Part shown: positions 11,322 through 24,506 of the stretch, in pieces
How positions within the stretch are numbered: position 1 is the first letter of the stretch
How the letters are laid out: the number at the start of each line of letters is the position of its first letter
Source of the DNA: Heterodontus francisci
Lineage: Eukaryota
DNA: 64,000 nucleotides
Assembly: GCF_036365525.1 (NCBI RefSeq)
Contig: NC_090375.1
Location: forward strand, 112,985,460-113,049,459
Direction: 5' to 3'
Translations under genes and position numbers: made by a program
Notes under the pieces: model-generated
Seen by the model: the letters and a program-made list of their open reading frames with translations, nothing else
Databases searched by the model: none
Told to the model about the DNA's origin: nothing

Positions 11322-14300
11322 TGTGAGAGCAGCGATGACCCGAGAACACAGTGATAGCAGCAGTGACCCGAGAACACGGCGAGAAAAGCGGTGACCGGAG
11401 AACACAGTGATAGCGGCAGTGACCCGAGAACACAACAGCGAGAACAGCGATGACCCGAGAACACGGCGAGAAAAGCGGTGACCGGAGAACACAGTGAGAA
11501 CAGCACTGACCAGAGAACACAGTGAAAGCAGCGGTGACCCGAGTGGTGATCATGACTGAGCGTATTGACAGATGCATTTATGTGAGAGCAGCGATGACCC
11601 GAGAACACAGTGATAGCGGCAGTGACCCGAGAACACAACAGCGAGAACAGCGATGACCCGAGAACACGGCGAGAAAAGCGTTGACCAGAGAACACAGTGA
11701 GAACAGCGCTGACCGGAGAACACAGTGAGAGCAGCGGTGACCCGAGAACACAGTGAAAACAGCGGTGACCCGAGAACACAGTGAGAGCAGCGGTAACCGG
11801 AGAACACAGTGAGAGCAGCGGTGACCCAAGAACACAGTGAAACAGAGGTGACCCGAGAACACAGTGAGAACAGCGGTGACCCGAGAACACAGTGAGAACA
11901 GCGGTGACCCGAGAACACAGTGAGAGCAGCGGTGACCCGAGAACACAGTGAGAGCAGCGGTGACCCAAGAACATAGTGAAACAGCGGTGACCCGAGAACA
12001 CAGTGAGAACAGCGGTGACCCGATAACACAGTGAGAGCAGCGGTGACCCGAGAACACAGTGAGAACAGCGGTGACCCGAGAACACAGTGAGAACAGCAGT
12101 GACCCGATAACACAGTGAGAGCAGCGGTGACCCAAGAACACAGTGAAAACAGCGGTGACCCGAGAACACAGTGAGAGCAGCGGTAACCGGAGAACACAGT
12201 GAGAGCAGCGGTGACCCAAGAACACAGTGAAACAGAGGTGACCCGAGAACACAGTGAGAACAGCGGTGACCCGAGAACACAGTGAGAACAGCGGTGACCC
12301 GAGAACACAGTGAGAGCAGCGGTGACCCGAGAACACAGTGAGAACAGCGGTGACCCAAGAACATAGTGAAACAGCGGTGACCCGAGAACACAGTGAGAAC
12401 AGCGGTGACCCGATAACACAGTGAGAGCAGCGGTGACCCGAGAACACAGTGAGAACAGTGGTGACCCGAGAACACAGTGAGAACAGCGGTGACCCGATAA
12501 CACAGTGAGAGCAGCGGTGACCCAAGAACACAGAGAGAGCCTCAGTGATCCGAGAACCCCGTGAGAGCAGCGGTAACCGGAGAACACAGTGAGAGCAGCG
12601 GTGACCCGAGAACACAGTGAGAACAGCGGTGACCCGAGAACACAGTGAGAACAGCGGTGACCCGAGAACACAGTGAGAACAGCGGTGACCCGAGAACACA
12701 GTGAGAGCAGCGGTGACCCGAGAACACAGTGAGAACAGCGGTGACCCAAGAACATAGTGAAACAGCGGTGACCCGAGAACACAGTGAGAACAGCGGTGAC
12801 CCGATAACACAGTGAGAGCAGCGGTGACCCGAGAACACAGTGAGAACAGCGGTGACCCGAGAACACAGTGAGAACAGCGGTGACCCGAGAACACAGTGAG
12901 AACAGCAGTGACCCAAGAACACAGTGAGAACAGCAGTGACCCGATAACACAGTGAGAGCAGCGGTGACCCAAGAACACAGAGAGAGCCTCAGTGATCCGA
13001 GAACACCGTGAGAGCAGCGGTAACCGGAGAACACAATGAGAGCAGCAGTGACCCGAGAACACAGTGAGAGCAGCGGTAACCAGAGAACACAGTGAGAGCA
13101 GAGATGACCCAGGGTGACTCCAAAACACAGCTAGACCAGCGATGAACTGAGAACACGGTGAGAGCTGCAGTGACCCAAGAACACAGTGAGAGCAGCGGAG
13201 ACCCAAGAACACAATGAGAGCAGCGGCTGCCCGAGAACACAATGAGAGCAGCGGTGACCCAAGAACACAATGAGAGCAGCGGTGACCCGAGAACATAGTG
13301 AGAGCAGCGGTGACCCGAGAACACAGTGAGAGCAGCAGTGACCCGAGAACACAGTGAGAGCAGCGGTGACCCGAGAACACAGTGAGAACAGCGGTGACCT
13401 GAGAACACAATGAGAGCAGCAGTGACCCAAGAACACAGTGAGAGCAGCGGAGACCCGAGAACACAGTGAGAGCAGCGGCTGCACGAGAACACAATGAGAG
13501 CAGCGGTGACCCGAGAACACAATGAGAGCAGCGGTGACCCATGAACACAGTGAGAGCAGCGGAGACCCAAGAACACAATGAGTGCAGCGGCTGCCCGAGA
13601 ACACAATGAGAGCAGCGGCTGCCCGAGAACACAATGAGAGCAGCGGTGACCCGAGAACACAATGAGAGCAGCGGTGACCCGAGAACACAGTGAGAGCAGC
13701 GGTGACCCGAGAACACAGTGAGAGCAGCAGTGACCCGAGAACACAGTGAGAGCAGCGGTGACCCGAGAACACAGTGAGAGCAGCGGTGACCCGAGAACAC
13801 AGTGAGAACAGCGGTGACCCGAGAACACAGTGAGAGCAGCAGTGACCCAAGAACACAGTGAGAGCAGCGGAGACCCGAGAACACAATGAGAGCAGCGGTG
13901 ACCCGAGAACACAGTGAGAACAGCGGTGACCCAAGAACACAGTGAGAGCAGCGGTGACCCGAGAACACAGTGAGAACAGCGGTGACCCGAGAACACAGTG
14001 AGAGCCTCAGTGATCCGAGAACACCGTGAGAGCAGCGGTAACCGGAGAACACAATGAGAGCAGCAGTGACCCGAGAACACAATGAGAGCAGCGGTAACCG
14101 GAGAACACAGTGAGAGCAGCAGTGACCCAAGAACACAGTGAGAGCAGCGGTGACCCAAGAACACAGTGAGAGCAGCGATGACCCAGGGTGACCCCAAAAC
14201 ACAGGTAGACCAGCGATGACCTGAGAACACGGTGAGAGCAGCAGTGACCCGAGAACACAGTGAGAGCAGCAGTGACCCAAGAACACAGTGAGAGCAGCGG

Positions 14301-16900
14301 TGACCCGAGAACACAGTGAGAACAGCGGTGACCCAAGAACACAGTGAGAGCAGCGATGACCCAGGGTGACCCCAAAACACAGGTAGACCAGCGATGACCT
14401 GAGAACACGGTGAGAGCAGCAGTGACCCGAGAACACAGTGAGAGCAGCAGTGACCCGAGAACACAGTGAGAGCAGCAGTGACCCAAGAACACAGTGAGAG
14501 CAGCGGTGACCCGAGAACACAGTGAGAACAGCGGTGACCCGAGAACACAATGAGAGCAGCGGCTGCCCGAGAACACAATGAGAGCAGCGGTGACCCGAGA
14601 ACACAATGAGAGCAGCGGTGACCCGAGAACACAGTGAGAGCAGCGGTGACCCAAGAACACAGTGAGAGCAGCGATGACCCAGGGTGACCCCAAAACACAG
14701 GTAGACCAGCGATGACCTGAGAACACGGTGAGAGCAGCAGTGACCCGAGAACACAGTGAGAGCAGCAGTGACCCGAGAACACAGTGAGAGCAGCAGTGAC
14801 CCAAGAACACAGTGAGAGCTGCGGTGACCCGAGAACACAGTGAGAACAGCGGTGACCCAAGAACACAATGAGAGCAGCGGCTGCCCGAGAACACAATGAG
14901 AGCAGCGGTGACCCGAGAACACAATGAGAGCAGCGGTGACCCGAGAACACAGTGAGAGCAGCGGTGACCCGAGAACACAGTGAGAGCAGCGGTGACCCGA
15001 GAACACAGTGAGAGCAGCGGTGACCCGAGAACACAGTGAGAGCAGCGGTGACCCGAGAACACAATGAGAGCAGCAGTGACCCAAGAACACAGTGAGAGCA
15101 GCGGAGACCCGAGAACACAATGAGAGCAGCGGTGACCCGAGAACACAGTGAGAACAGCGGTGACCCGAGAACACAGTGAGAACAGCGGTGACCCGAGAAC
15201 ACAGTGAGAGCAGCGGTGACCCGAGAACACAGTGAGAGCAGCGGTGACCCGAGAACACAGTGAGAGCAGCGGTGACCCGAGAACACAGTGAGAGCTGCGG
15301 TGACCCGAGAACACAGTGAGAGCTGCGGTGACCCGAGAACACAGTGAGAGCTGCGGTGACCCGAGAACACAGTGAGAGCAGCGGTGACCCGAGAACACAG
15401 TGAGAGCAGCGGTGACCCGAGAACACAGTGAGAGCAGCAGTAACCGGAGAACACAGTGAGAGCAGCAGTAACCGGAGAACACAGTGAGAGCAGCAGTGAT
15501 CCGAGAACACACTGAGAGCCTTGGTGACCCGATAACAAAGTGAGAGCAGCAGTAACCGGAGAACACAATGAGAGCAGCAGTAACCGGAGAACACAGTGAG
15601 AGCAGCAGTAACCGGAGAACACAGTGAGAGCAGCAGTAACCGGAGAACACAATGAGAGCAGCAGTAACCGGAGAACACAGTGAGAGCAGCAGTAACCGGA
15701 GAACACAGTGAGAGCAGCAGTAACCGGAGAACACAGTGAGAGCAGCAGTAACCGGAGAACACAGTGAGAGCAGCAGTAACCGGAGAACACAATGAGAGCA
15801 GCAGTGATCCGAGAACACAGTGAGAGCAGCGGTAACCGGAGAACACAGTGAGAGCAGCGATGACCCGAGAACACAGTGAGAGCAGCAGTACCCAGGAAAA
15901 CAGTGAGAGCCTTGGCGACCCGATAACAAAGTGAGAGCAGCATGAACAGGAGAACACAATGAGAGCAGCAGCAGCCCGAGAGCAGAGTAAGAGCAGCGAT
16001 GACCCAGGGTGACCCCAAAACAGCTAGACCAGCGGTGACCCGAGAACACGATGTGAACAGCAATGACCCGGGAACTCAGTGAGAGCAGCAGTAACCGGAG
16101 AACACAGTGAGAGCAGCAGTAACCGGAGAACACAGTGAGAGCAGCAGTAACCGGAGAACACAGTGAGAGCAGCGGTCACCGGAGAATACAGTGAGAGCAG
16201 CAGTAACCGGACAACACAGTGAGAGCAGCAGTAACCGGAGAACACAGTGAGAGCAGCAGTAACCGGACAACACAGGGAGAGCAGCAGTGACCCGAGAGCA
16301 CAGTGAGAGCAGCGGTGACCCGAGAACACAGTGAGAGCAGCGGTGACCCGAGAACACAGTGAGAGCAGCGGTGACCCGAGAACACAGTGAGAGCAGCAGT
16401 GACCCGAGAACACAGTGAGAACAGCGCTGACCCAGGAACACATTGAGAACAGCGGTGACCCGAGAACACAGTGAGAACAGCGGTAACCCGAGAACACAGT
16501 GAGAACAGCAGTGACCCGAGAACACAGTGAGAACAGCAGTGACCCGAGAACACAGTGAGAACAGCAGTGACCCGAGAACACATTGAGAACAGCGGTGACC
16601 CGAGAACACAGTGAGAACAGCGGTAACCCGAGAACACAGTGAGAACAGCAGTGACCCGAGAACACAGTGAGAACAGCGTTGACCTGAGAACACAGTGAGA
16701 ACAGCGTTGACCTGAGAACACAGTGAGAACAGCGGTGACCCGAGCACACAGCAAGAGCAGCGATGACCCGAAAACACAGTGAGAACAGCGGCTGCCTGAG
16801 AGCACAGTGAACGCAGCTGCTGCCCGAGAACACAGTGAGAGCAGCGGTAACCCGAGAGCACAGTGAGAGCAGCAGTGACCCGATAACACAGTGAGAGCAG
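11322..16900. repeat. 28-bp tandem satellite, about 200 units, consensus CACAGTGAGAGCAGCGGTGACCCGAGAA
   Basis: Directly visible periodicity with variant units and higher-order duplications. The long minus-strand ORFs are artefacts of it. Confidence 0.98.
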
Positions 16901-17730
16901 GTTTGACCTGTGTACACAGTAGGAAATAAAGGGGGCTTGGTGGCCTGAAAGCATAGCAGGGACAAATCGCAAAAGTACGTCACAGCACAAAGACTCACAT
17001 GTGGTGACTATTCTGGTAAACCTTTAATTTAATTTAAATTAATCAACTATAGAGTAAGACTAGATCAATTTAACAGTATAGAAACTAAAGCCAATTTATT
17101 AAATCATACTACAATCAGTGTTTAATTAATTAAATAATGAGGGATAGCAACACTAAAAGGTTTTGAATTTTTCAGTAAATTAAAATTTGACGCATATAAA
17201 TAATAAGGGTTTAGTAAAACATTTAAGTTAACTTCCCTATAAAATAAAGTGACATCAGCAGAAGGGAAACAGCTGATTGGTGAGTATTTGTTGAGTCGTT
17301 ATTTATTTAAGTTTTAAGTTTAATTCTGTTAGGTCAGTTAATAGTCAAATAAATTAGAGGCATGGCAGGGCATCTCGGTCCCATGGAGTGCACATCCTGT
17401 TCCATGTGGAACTCCAGGACTCTTCTCATGTCTTGGACAACAACATCTGCAGCAAGTATCGTCAACTGGAGCAGCTTGAGCTCCAGGTTTCAGAGCTTGA
17501 GTGGCAGCTGGAGTCACTATGGTGCATCCACAAAAGGCTGACCGTTTCATGGATAGCACATTTATATATGTGGTCACCCACAGCTTAAGACAGTACAGGC
17601 AGAGAGGAAATGGGTGACCACCAGACAGTCAGGGTGGACCAGGCACTTAGTGCAGGAGTCTCCTGAGTGTATCATATTAGCCAACCAACTTGGCGTGAGT
17701 GATAGTTCCTCTGGAGAGTGCAGCCCAAGT

Positions 17731-18133
17731 CATCCACAAACATTTACTCCCTCCACCAGTGTGGTGGCAGTGTGTACCATCTACAAGATGCACTGCAGCA
17801 ATGCACCAAGACTCCTTAGACAGCACCTTCCAAACCCGCGACCTTTATCAACTAGAAGGACAAAGGCAGCAAATGCATGGAAACATCACCACCTGCAAGA
17901 TCCCCTCCAAGCCACTCACCATCTTGACTTGGAATTATATCGCCGTTCCTTCATTGTCGCTGGGTCAAAATCCTGGAACTCCCTTCCTAACAGCACTGTG
18001 GGTATACCTACCTCATATGGACTGCAGCGGTTCAAGAAGGCAGCTCACCACCACCTTCTCAAGTGCAATTGGAGATGGACAACAAATGCTGGCCTAGCCA
18101 GCAACGCCCACATCCCATGAATGAAAAAAAAAA
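17731..18133 (+). mobile_element. 3' fragment of a second LINE family (family B) nested in CR1 ORF1
   Basis: VCTIYKMHCSNAPRLLRQHL...FKKAAHHHLL and tail cccacatcccatgaatgaaaaa match 50540-50925. Confidence 0.88.
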
Positions 18134-19590
18134 CTCCACAGCTGGTTCAACTGTACAGGGGAGCAGAAGGAAGCATGGAAAAGCAATAGTAATAGGCAAT
18201 TCTATAGTTAGGGGGACAGACAGGTGTTTTACTGGCCACAGACGTGAATGCAAGATGGTATGTTGTCTCCCTGGTGCCAGGGTCAAGGATGTCACTGAGC
18301 AGCTGCAGAGGGCTCTGAAGGGGGAGAGTGAACTGTCAATGGTTGTGGTCCATATTGGTACCAACGACATGGGTATAAAGATGGATGAGGTCCTGTGGGC
18401 ATATTTTAGGAGTGAGGAAGGAGACTAGCAAGCAGAACCTCAAAGGTAGTAATCTCCAGATTACTCCTGGTGTCACGCGCTGGTGAGTATAGAATTAGAA
18501 GGAAAGAGCAGGTCAATGCATGGCTGGAAAGATAGTGCAGGAGGGAGGGCTTTAGATTCTTGGGACATTGGGACCGGTTCTGGGGGTGGTAGGATCTGTA
18601 CCGTCTGGACTGGTTGCTCTTCAACAGGGGGGACCAATGTCCTTGTGGGGCAATTTGCTAGTGCTAGTGAGGAGGATTTAAACAAACTTGGCAATGGGAT
18701 GGGAATCGGCATGTAACATTACAAAGGGAAAAAAAAGGTGCACAAAGGAGAGACAGACAGCACTAGAGTAAAAAATAGTAAGGAGTGAGAATCGATCTAG
18801 CCCAGGAAAATTTAAATCAAAGATTGGCAGACAAAGCTGCAACTGAACAATGGGTGCAAGTACAGTCGAGGTACATTTCCACAAGGAGGAAAGGTAGGAC
18901 ACACAAAGCCAGAGCTCCCTGAATGGTGAAAGAAATAGAGAGTAAGATGAAGCAGAGAAAAGGTGCATATGTCCGATATCAGGTTGATAATACAAGTGCC
19001 AACCAGGCTGAATATAAAAAGTTAAAAAGGGAAATGAAAAAGTAATGAGAAGCAAAGAGAGAGTATGAGAAGTGACTGGCTGCTTCGATAAAAGGGGTCC
19101 CAAAGTCTTCTCCAAGCATATAAATAGTAAAAAGGTAGTAAAAGGATGGGTGGGGATGATTAGGGACCAAAAAGGGAATTTACACATGGAGGCAGAGGGC
19201 ATGGCTGAGGTACTAAATGATTACTTTGCATCTGTCTTTACCAAGGAAGAAGATGCTGCCAAATTCATAGTAAAAGAGGAAGTGGTTGAGACACTGGATG
19301 GGCAAATAATTGATAAAGATGAGGTATTAGAATGCCTTGCTGTTTTTAAAGTTGATAAGTCACCAGGACTGGATTAGATGCATTCGAGGAAATTGCGGAA
19401 GCACTGGCCATAATCTTCCAATCCACTTTCGATACAGGGGTGGTACCAGAGGACTGGAGAATTGCAAATGCAACACCTTTATTCAAAAATGGGTGTAAGG
19501 ATAAACCCAACAACTATGGACCAGTCAGATGGTGGGAAAGCTTTTAGAAATGATAATTCAGGACAAAACTAACAGTCACTTGGACAAATC

Positions 19591-19947
19591 GGCACGCGGC
19601 ACAGTGGCGCAGTGGTTAGCACTGCAGCCTCACAGCTCCAGTGACCCGGATTCAATTCTGGGTACTGCCTGTGTGGAGTTTGCAAGTTCTCCCTGTGTCT
19701 GCGTGGGTTTCCTCCGGGTGCTCCGGTTTCCTCCCACACGCCAAAGACATGCAGGTTGATAGGTAAATTGGCCATTATAAATTGCCCCTAGTATAGGTAG
19801 GCGGTAGGGAAATATAGGGACAGGTGGGGATGTGGTAGGAATATAGAATTAGTGTAGGATTAGTATAAATGGGTGGTTGACGGTCGGCACAGACTCGGTG
19901 GGCCGAAGGGCCTGTTTCAGTGCTGTATCTCTAAATCTAAATCTAAA
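19591..19947 (+). mobile_element. HE1-type tRNA-derived V-SINE
   Basis: A box TGGCGCAGTGG, B-box-like attcaattc, V domain (gggtttcctccgggtgctccggtttcctcccac), CR1-like 3' end, (tctaaa)n tail. Confidence 0.9.
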
Positions 19948-21315
19948 AAAAATCTAATTAAGGAAATCCAGTGTGGATTTGTTAAAAGCAAATCATGTTT
20001 AACTAACTTGATTGAGTTTTTTAATGAGGTAACAGAAAGGATTGATGGGGCTAATGCGGTTGGTGTGGGGTACATCGACTTCCAAAAGGCATTTGATAAA
20101 GTGCCACAAAATAGCCTTGCCAGAAAAGTCAGAGCCCATGAAATAAAATGGACAGGAAACAGAGAGTAGTGGTGAACGGTTGTTTTCCAGACCAGAGGAA
20201 GGTATACAGTGGTGTTCCCCAGGGTCGGTGTTAGGATCACTGCTTTTCTTGATCTATATTAATGACCTAGACTTGTGTGTGCAAGACACAATTTCAAAAT
20301 TTTCAGATGACACAAAGCTTGGAAGTATTGTGAACTATGAGGAGAATCGTGATAGATTTCAAGAGGTCGTAGACCGACTGGTGGAATGGGCGGATAAGTG
20401 GCAGATGAAATTTAGTGCAGAGAAGTGTGAAGTTATATATTTTAGAAGGAAGAACAAGGAGAGGCAATTTAAAATAAAGGGCGCAGGAGCTGTGGGGCTA
20501 GGGGTACATGTGCGAAATCATTGAAGGTGGTAGGGCAGTTTGAGAAAGTGGTTAATGAGCATATGGGAGCCTGGGCTTTATAAATAGAGGCATATAGAGT
20601 ACAAAAGCAAGGAAGTTATGGTAAACCTTTATAAAACACAGGTTCAGCCTCAACTGGAGTATTTTGTCCAATTCTGGGCACCACACTTTAAACAAGATGT
20701 GAAGATATTAGAGTGAGTGCAGAAAAGATTTACAAGAATGATTCCAGGGATGAGAGACTTCAGTTACGTGGATAGATTGGAGAAGCGGGGGTTGTTCTCC
20801 TTAGAGGAGAGATGGTTAAAATGAGATTTGATAGAGCTGTTCAAAATCATGAGGGGTCTGGACATAGTCGATAGATAGAAACTGTTCCCATTGGCAAAAG
20901 GGTCAAGAACCAGAGGACACCAATTTAAAGTGAATGGCAAAAGAACAAAGGCGACACGAGGAAAGACTTTTTTATGCAAAGAGTGATTAGGATCTGGAAT
21001 GCACTGCCTGAGAGTGTGGTGAAGGCAGATTCAATCATGGCTTTCAAAAGGGAATTAAATAATTATCTGAAGAGAAAATATTTGCAGGGCTAGAGGGAAA
21101 GGGCGAGGGAGTAGAACAAGCTGACATGCTCTTGAAGAGAGCTGGTCATGGACACAAAAGACCAAATGGCCTCCTTCTGTGCTATAACGATTCTATGATT
21201 CTTGGTCAGGCCAAAGCTGGCATCAGAAAAGAAGATTTGCTTCTCTGGGTCCCACAAGATGTATTTGGGCCTTTCATGAGCCAAACCTCTCTCCCTCACC
21301 TGACTGCAGTTACAA

Positions 21316-22625
21316 ACGTAGGAACATTGGTATATCGGAACAGGAGTTGCTTAAGCCTGTTCTGCTGACATTCAATGAGATCATGGTTGATCTGCAACGT
21401 AACTCCACAAATCTATATTTGCCCCATATCCCTTAATACCTTTAGTTAACAAAAAAAATCCATCAATCTTAGATTTAAAATTAATAATTAGAATTAGAAT
21501 TAGAACGTTAGAACATTACAGCGCAGTACAGGCCCTTCGGCCCTCGATGTTGCGCCGACCTGTGAAACCATCTGACCTACACTATTCCATTTTCATCCAT
21601 ATGTCTATCCAATGACCACTTAAATGCCCTTAAAGTTGGCGAGTCTACTACTGTTGCAGGCAGGGCGTTCCACGCCCCTACTACTCTCTGAGTAAAGAAG
21701 CTACCTCTGACATCTGTCCTATATCTATCACCCCTCAACTTAAAGCTATGTCCCCTCGTGTTTGCCATCACCATCCGAGGAAAAAGACTCTCACTATCCA
21801 CCCTATCTAACCCTCTGATTATCTTATATGTCTCTATTAAGTCACCTCTCCTCCTCCTTCTCTCCAACGAAAACAACCTCAAGTCCCTCAGCCTTTCCTC
21901 GTAAGACCTTCCCTCCATACCAGGCAACATCCTAGTAAATCTCCTCTGCACCCTTTCCAAAGCTTCCACATCCTTCCTATTATGCGGTGACCAGAACTGC
22001 AAGCAATACTCCAGGTGCAGTCTCACCAGAGTTTTGTACAGCTGCAGCATGACCTCGTGGCTCCAAAACTCGATCCCACTACTAATAAAAGCTAACACAC
22101 CATATGCCTTCTTAACAGCCCTATTAACCTGGGTAGCAACTTTCAGGGATTTATGTACCTGGACACCAAGATCTCTCTGTTCATCTACAGTACCAAGAAT
22201 CTTCCCATTAGCCCAGTACTCTGCATTCCTGTTACTCCTTCCAAAGTGAATCACCTCACACTTTTCCGCATTAAACTCCATTGATCTAGCATCTATTGCC
22301 CTTTGCGGAAGAGAGTTCCAATTTTCTACCACCCTTTGTATGAAGATGTATTTCCTAATTTCACTCCTGGCTCTGATTTTTAGACAATGCTCCCTAGTCC
22401 TAGACTCCCCAAATAGTGCAAATAGTTTCTCTCTATCTACACTATCTGTTCTCCTTAATATCTTGATAACTTAGATCAAATCACCCCTTAACCTTCTAAA
22501 TTTCAGGGAATACAACCCTAGTTTGCATAATTGCTCCTTGTAGCTTAACCCTTGGAGTCCTGGTATCATTCTGGTAAACCGATATTCCGCTCGCTCTAAG
22601 GCCAATTTACACTTCCTAATGTGTG
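21316..22625 (-). mobile_element. Old CR1 3' fragment with a younger CR1 3' fragment nested at about 21489-22282
   Basis: ORF 21577-22332 is a CR1 C-terminus (LERVQRRFTRML, FFTQRVV). Flanks on both sides are a second, more diverged CR1 3' end in the same orientation. Confidence 0.85.
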
Positions 22626-22980
22626 GTGGCTTCTATCCCCTTGTATTCACCTGCCAAGCTTATCAAATCCAGTTAATTTGTGCCAGGGTTCATTCCCGCA
22701 GATCAGAGAATGGTTACCAAACAGAAGGAGGCCATTTGGCCTATTGCGCCCATGCCTGGATGTTGATATGCCTGAGGCTCAGAAGGTAATGAAAGCTCTA
22801 GAAGAATTCATGAATTAAGAATTACAATGGCCTCCAATCTTCCCGAACTTAATGGCCTGGTAGATGCTTCTCGTCAATTTCTCAGTTACTTCCGCGCGGA
22901 TAAACATTTTATGCAGAGGAAGATACAGAGTCACAGGAGAGTGTGGGGATTAGCTTTGGATTTCTTTAGCAATGAGCCTG

Positions 22981-22999
22981 CACACACACACACACACAC
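22981..22999. repeat. (CA)n microsatellite
   Basis: cacacacacacacacacac. Confidence 0.9.
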
Positions 23000-23039
23000 T
23001 TGTGACCTTCTTCTGTGATGTAAACCTTTATGATTCCAC

Positions 23040-23432
23040 ATAATGCTTTATCACATTTCAAAGCATTTCACACAAATTACATCTGAAGTGCAGTTACTGT
23101 TAAGCAGACAAACAAGGCAGCCAATGTGCACCCAGCAGAATCATACAAATAGCAATGTGCTCATAATGTATTTTGGTGATACTGATTGAAGAAAAGATGT
23201 TGATAGGACACCATGGGAATTCCCCGCGTTCCTTCAAATAGTGCCATGAGATCTTTTACATAATCGGACAGACAGTGCCTCAGTTTAACATCTCATCTTG
23301 AAGACAGAATCTTCAGCAAAGCAGCAACCCTCACTCAGTACTGCAAGTATTTTGATAAAGTGCTCAAGTTCTTCAGGATAATTTGAACCTACAACCCTTT
23401 GAGTCAGAAGTGAGAGAGATCTGAACCAAGCC
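23040..23432 (-). mobile_element. Deu-domain SINE (SacSINE1/AmnSINE1-like), diverged
   Basis: gcagccaatgtgcac, gtgccatgagatctttta and gtttaacatctcat blocks shared with 45670-46050; B-box-like ggttcaaat on the minus strand. Confidence 0.7.
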
Positions 23433-24180
23433 AGCATGTAAATTAAGATGAGATTAAATAAGTGAGATAGAGCCCGTGTTAGGGCATTTCCCACTGTTTG
23501 TTCTTATGTGCACATCATCACGGCATGACTCCATTATGATAAACACTGAAATCTTTGGTCATGCATTCGACATTGGAAGGCTGAGGGAAATGTTGCTGGT
23601 TACTGGGCAGCTTTTGGAGTTTAGGTCAGGTGACTGGGTTAGAAATGTACCCACTCCCCCCTTAAACTCCACCCATAATGCAAGAGATAGCTAGCAACCC
23701 ACTGGGCATCAGTCTCACTTTGTTTTGTTTTAAATTCTGAAACAGTATGATTTGATTACTTCAAATTGTATTTTCCCCCTCATTGCCAAGTGCAATTTCC
23801 ATGTGGAGTTGATGGGGGTGGGGGTGGTGGGGTGGGGGGGTGGTGGTGATGGAGAATATGTTCCTCTCCATCATGCATTAACATGTTCCATTTTTTGATG
23901 CAAATCTAAGACAGACTAAGCTGTTTGCACAAACGAATCTTTCTCCTATTCTACCTTGCAAATCAAAGTCACATCTTCAGTCAAGTGCTACATGAAGTGT
24001 CTGAAAACTCAAACCAGCATGGAACAGTATCAGCAGAACTTGCAACTACTGCCAAAAGGTGTTCGGGTGTCCAGGCACCTGCCAGCTGTTTGTACCTTGT
24101 ATTAAAAGACATCATGTTCCCAATTTTCTTCAATAAAACAAGGAATCTGGCAATTTGTGTTGCCGGCTTCTGGAGAAGGA

Positions 24181-24506
24181 TCACAGTTCAGGTTCAGTCA
24201 GTCGGAAAAGAATTGGAGAGAACAGGCCACTGTTCCCTGTGCAGCTTGCTGTCACAGTTTGACTGACAAACTGACTTTTGAGGTATTCTTGCCCATTCCA
24301 GTCACAGTTTATTGAAGGTGATTTTGATCTTCTCTGTGAGGCCGCAGCAGTGGCCATGCCATCTGTCACCTTGATTGCATCTGAGATTCTCTGGAGAGAG
24401 CACGATGGCTCCTGATCGTTTACAGATTGTGCTGCTTTCGCCTCCATAAGGACCACATGCACAGAGCCAGATGGTGAACATACACGCTTATTATGAGTCT
24501 TTATCT
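24181..24506 (-). CDS. Candidate terminal coding exon of an unidentified host gene
   Basis: Acceptor-like ttcctatccttcctgcacag followed by a 326-nt phase-1 open frame (IKTHNKRVCSPSG...FRLTEPEL*) in non-repetitive DNA. No homology recognised. Confidence 0.25.

Larger units (their letters stand above)
17250..21201 (+). mobile_element. Degenerate CR1 LINE (ORF1 zinc finger/esterase remnant, ORF2 with deletions) with nested inserts
   Basis: ORF1 start atggcagggcat at 17362; GNSIVRG and VVHIGTND esterase motifs; DFQKAFDKV and FSDDTKL; tail (attctatg) at about 21190-21201. The 5' limit is approximate. Confidence 0.88.

Noticed and set aside
11322-16900. CRISPR array (28-bp repeats)
   Set aside because: Units are contiguous with no unique spacers, there are no cas genes, and the context is eukaryotic.
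11291-16998. Very long Cys/Ser/Leu-rich ORFs (up to 1459 aa) on the minus strand
   Set aside because: The 28-bp unit lacks minus-strand stops, so all three frames give the same 28-aa periodic peptide. This is a satellite artefact.
19591-19670. tRNA gene (also 30370-30444 and 43273-43345)
   Set aside because: These are SINE heads followed by a V domain and LINE-derived tail.
23814-23850. G-rich tract / G-quadruplex (also 46762-46787 and 53194-53220)
   Set aside because: Simple low-complexity runs with no supporting context.
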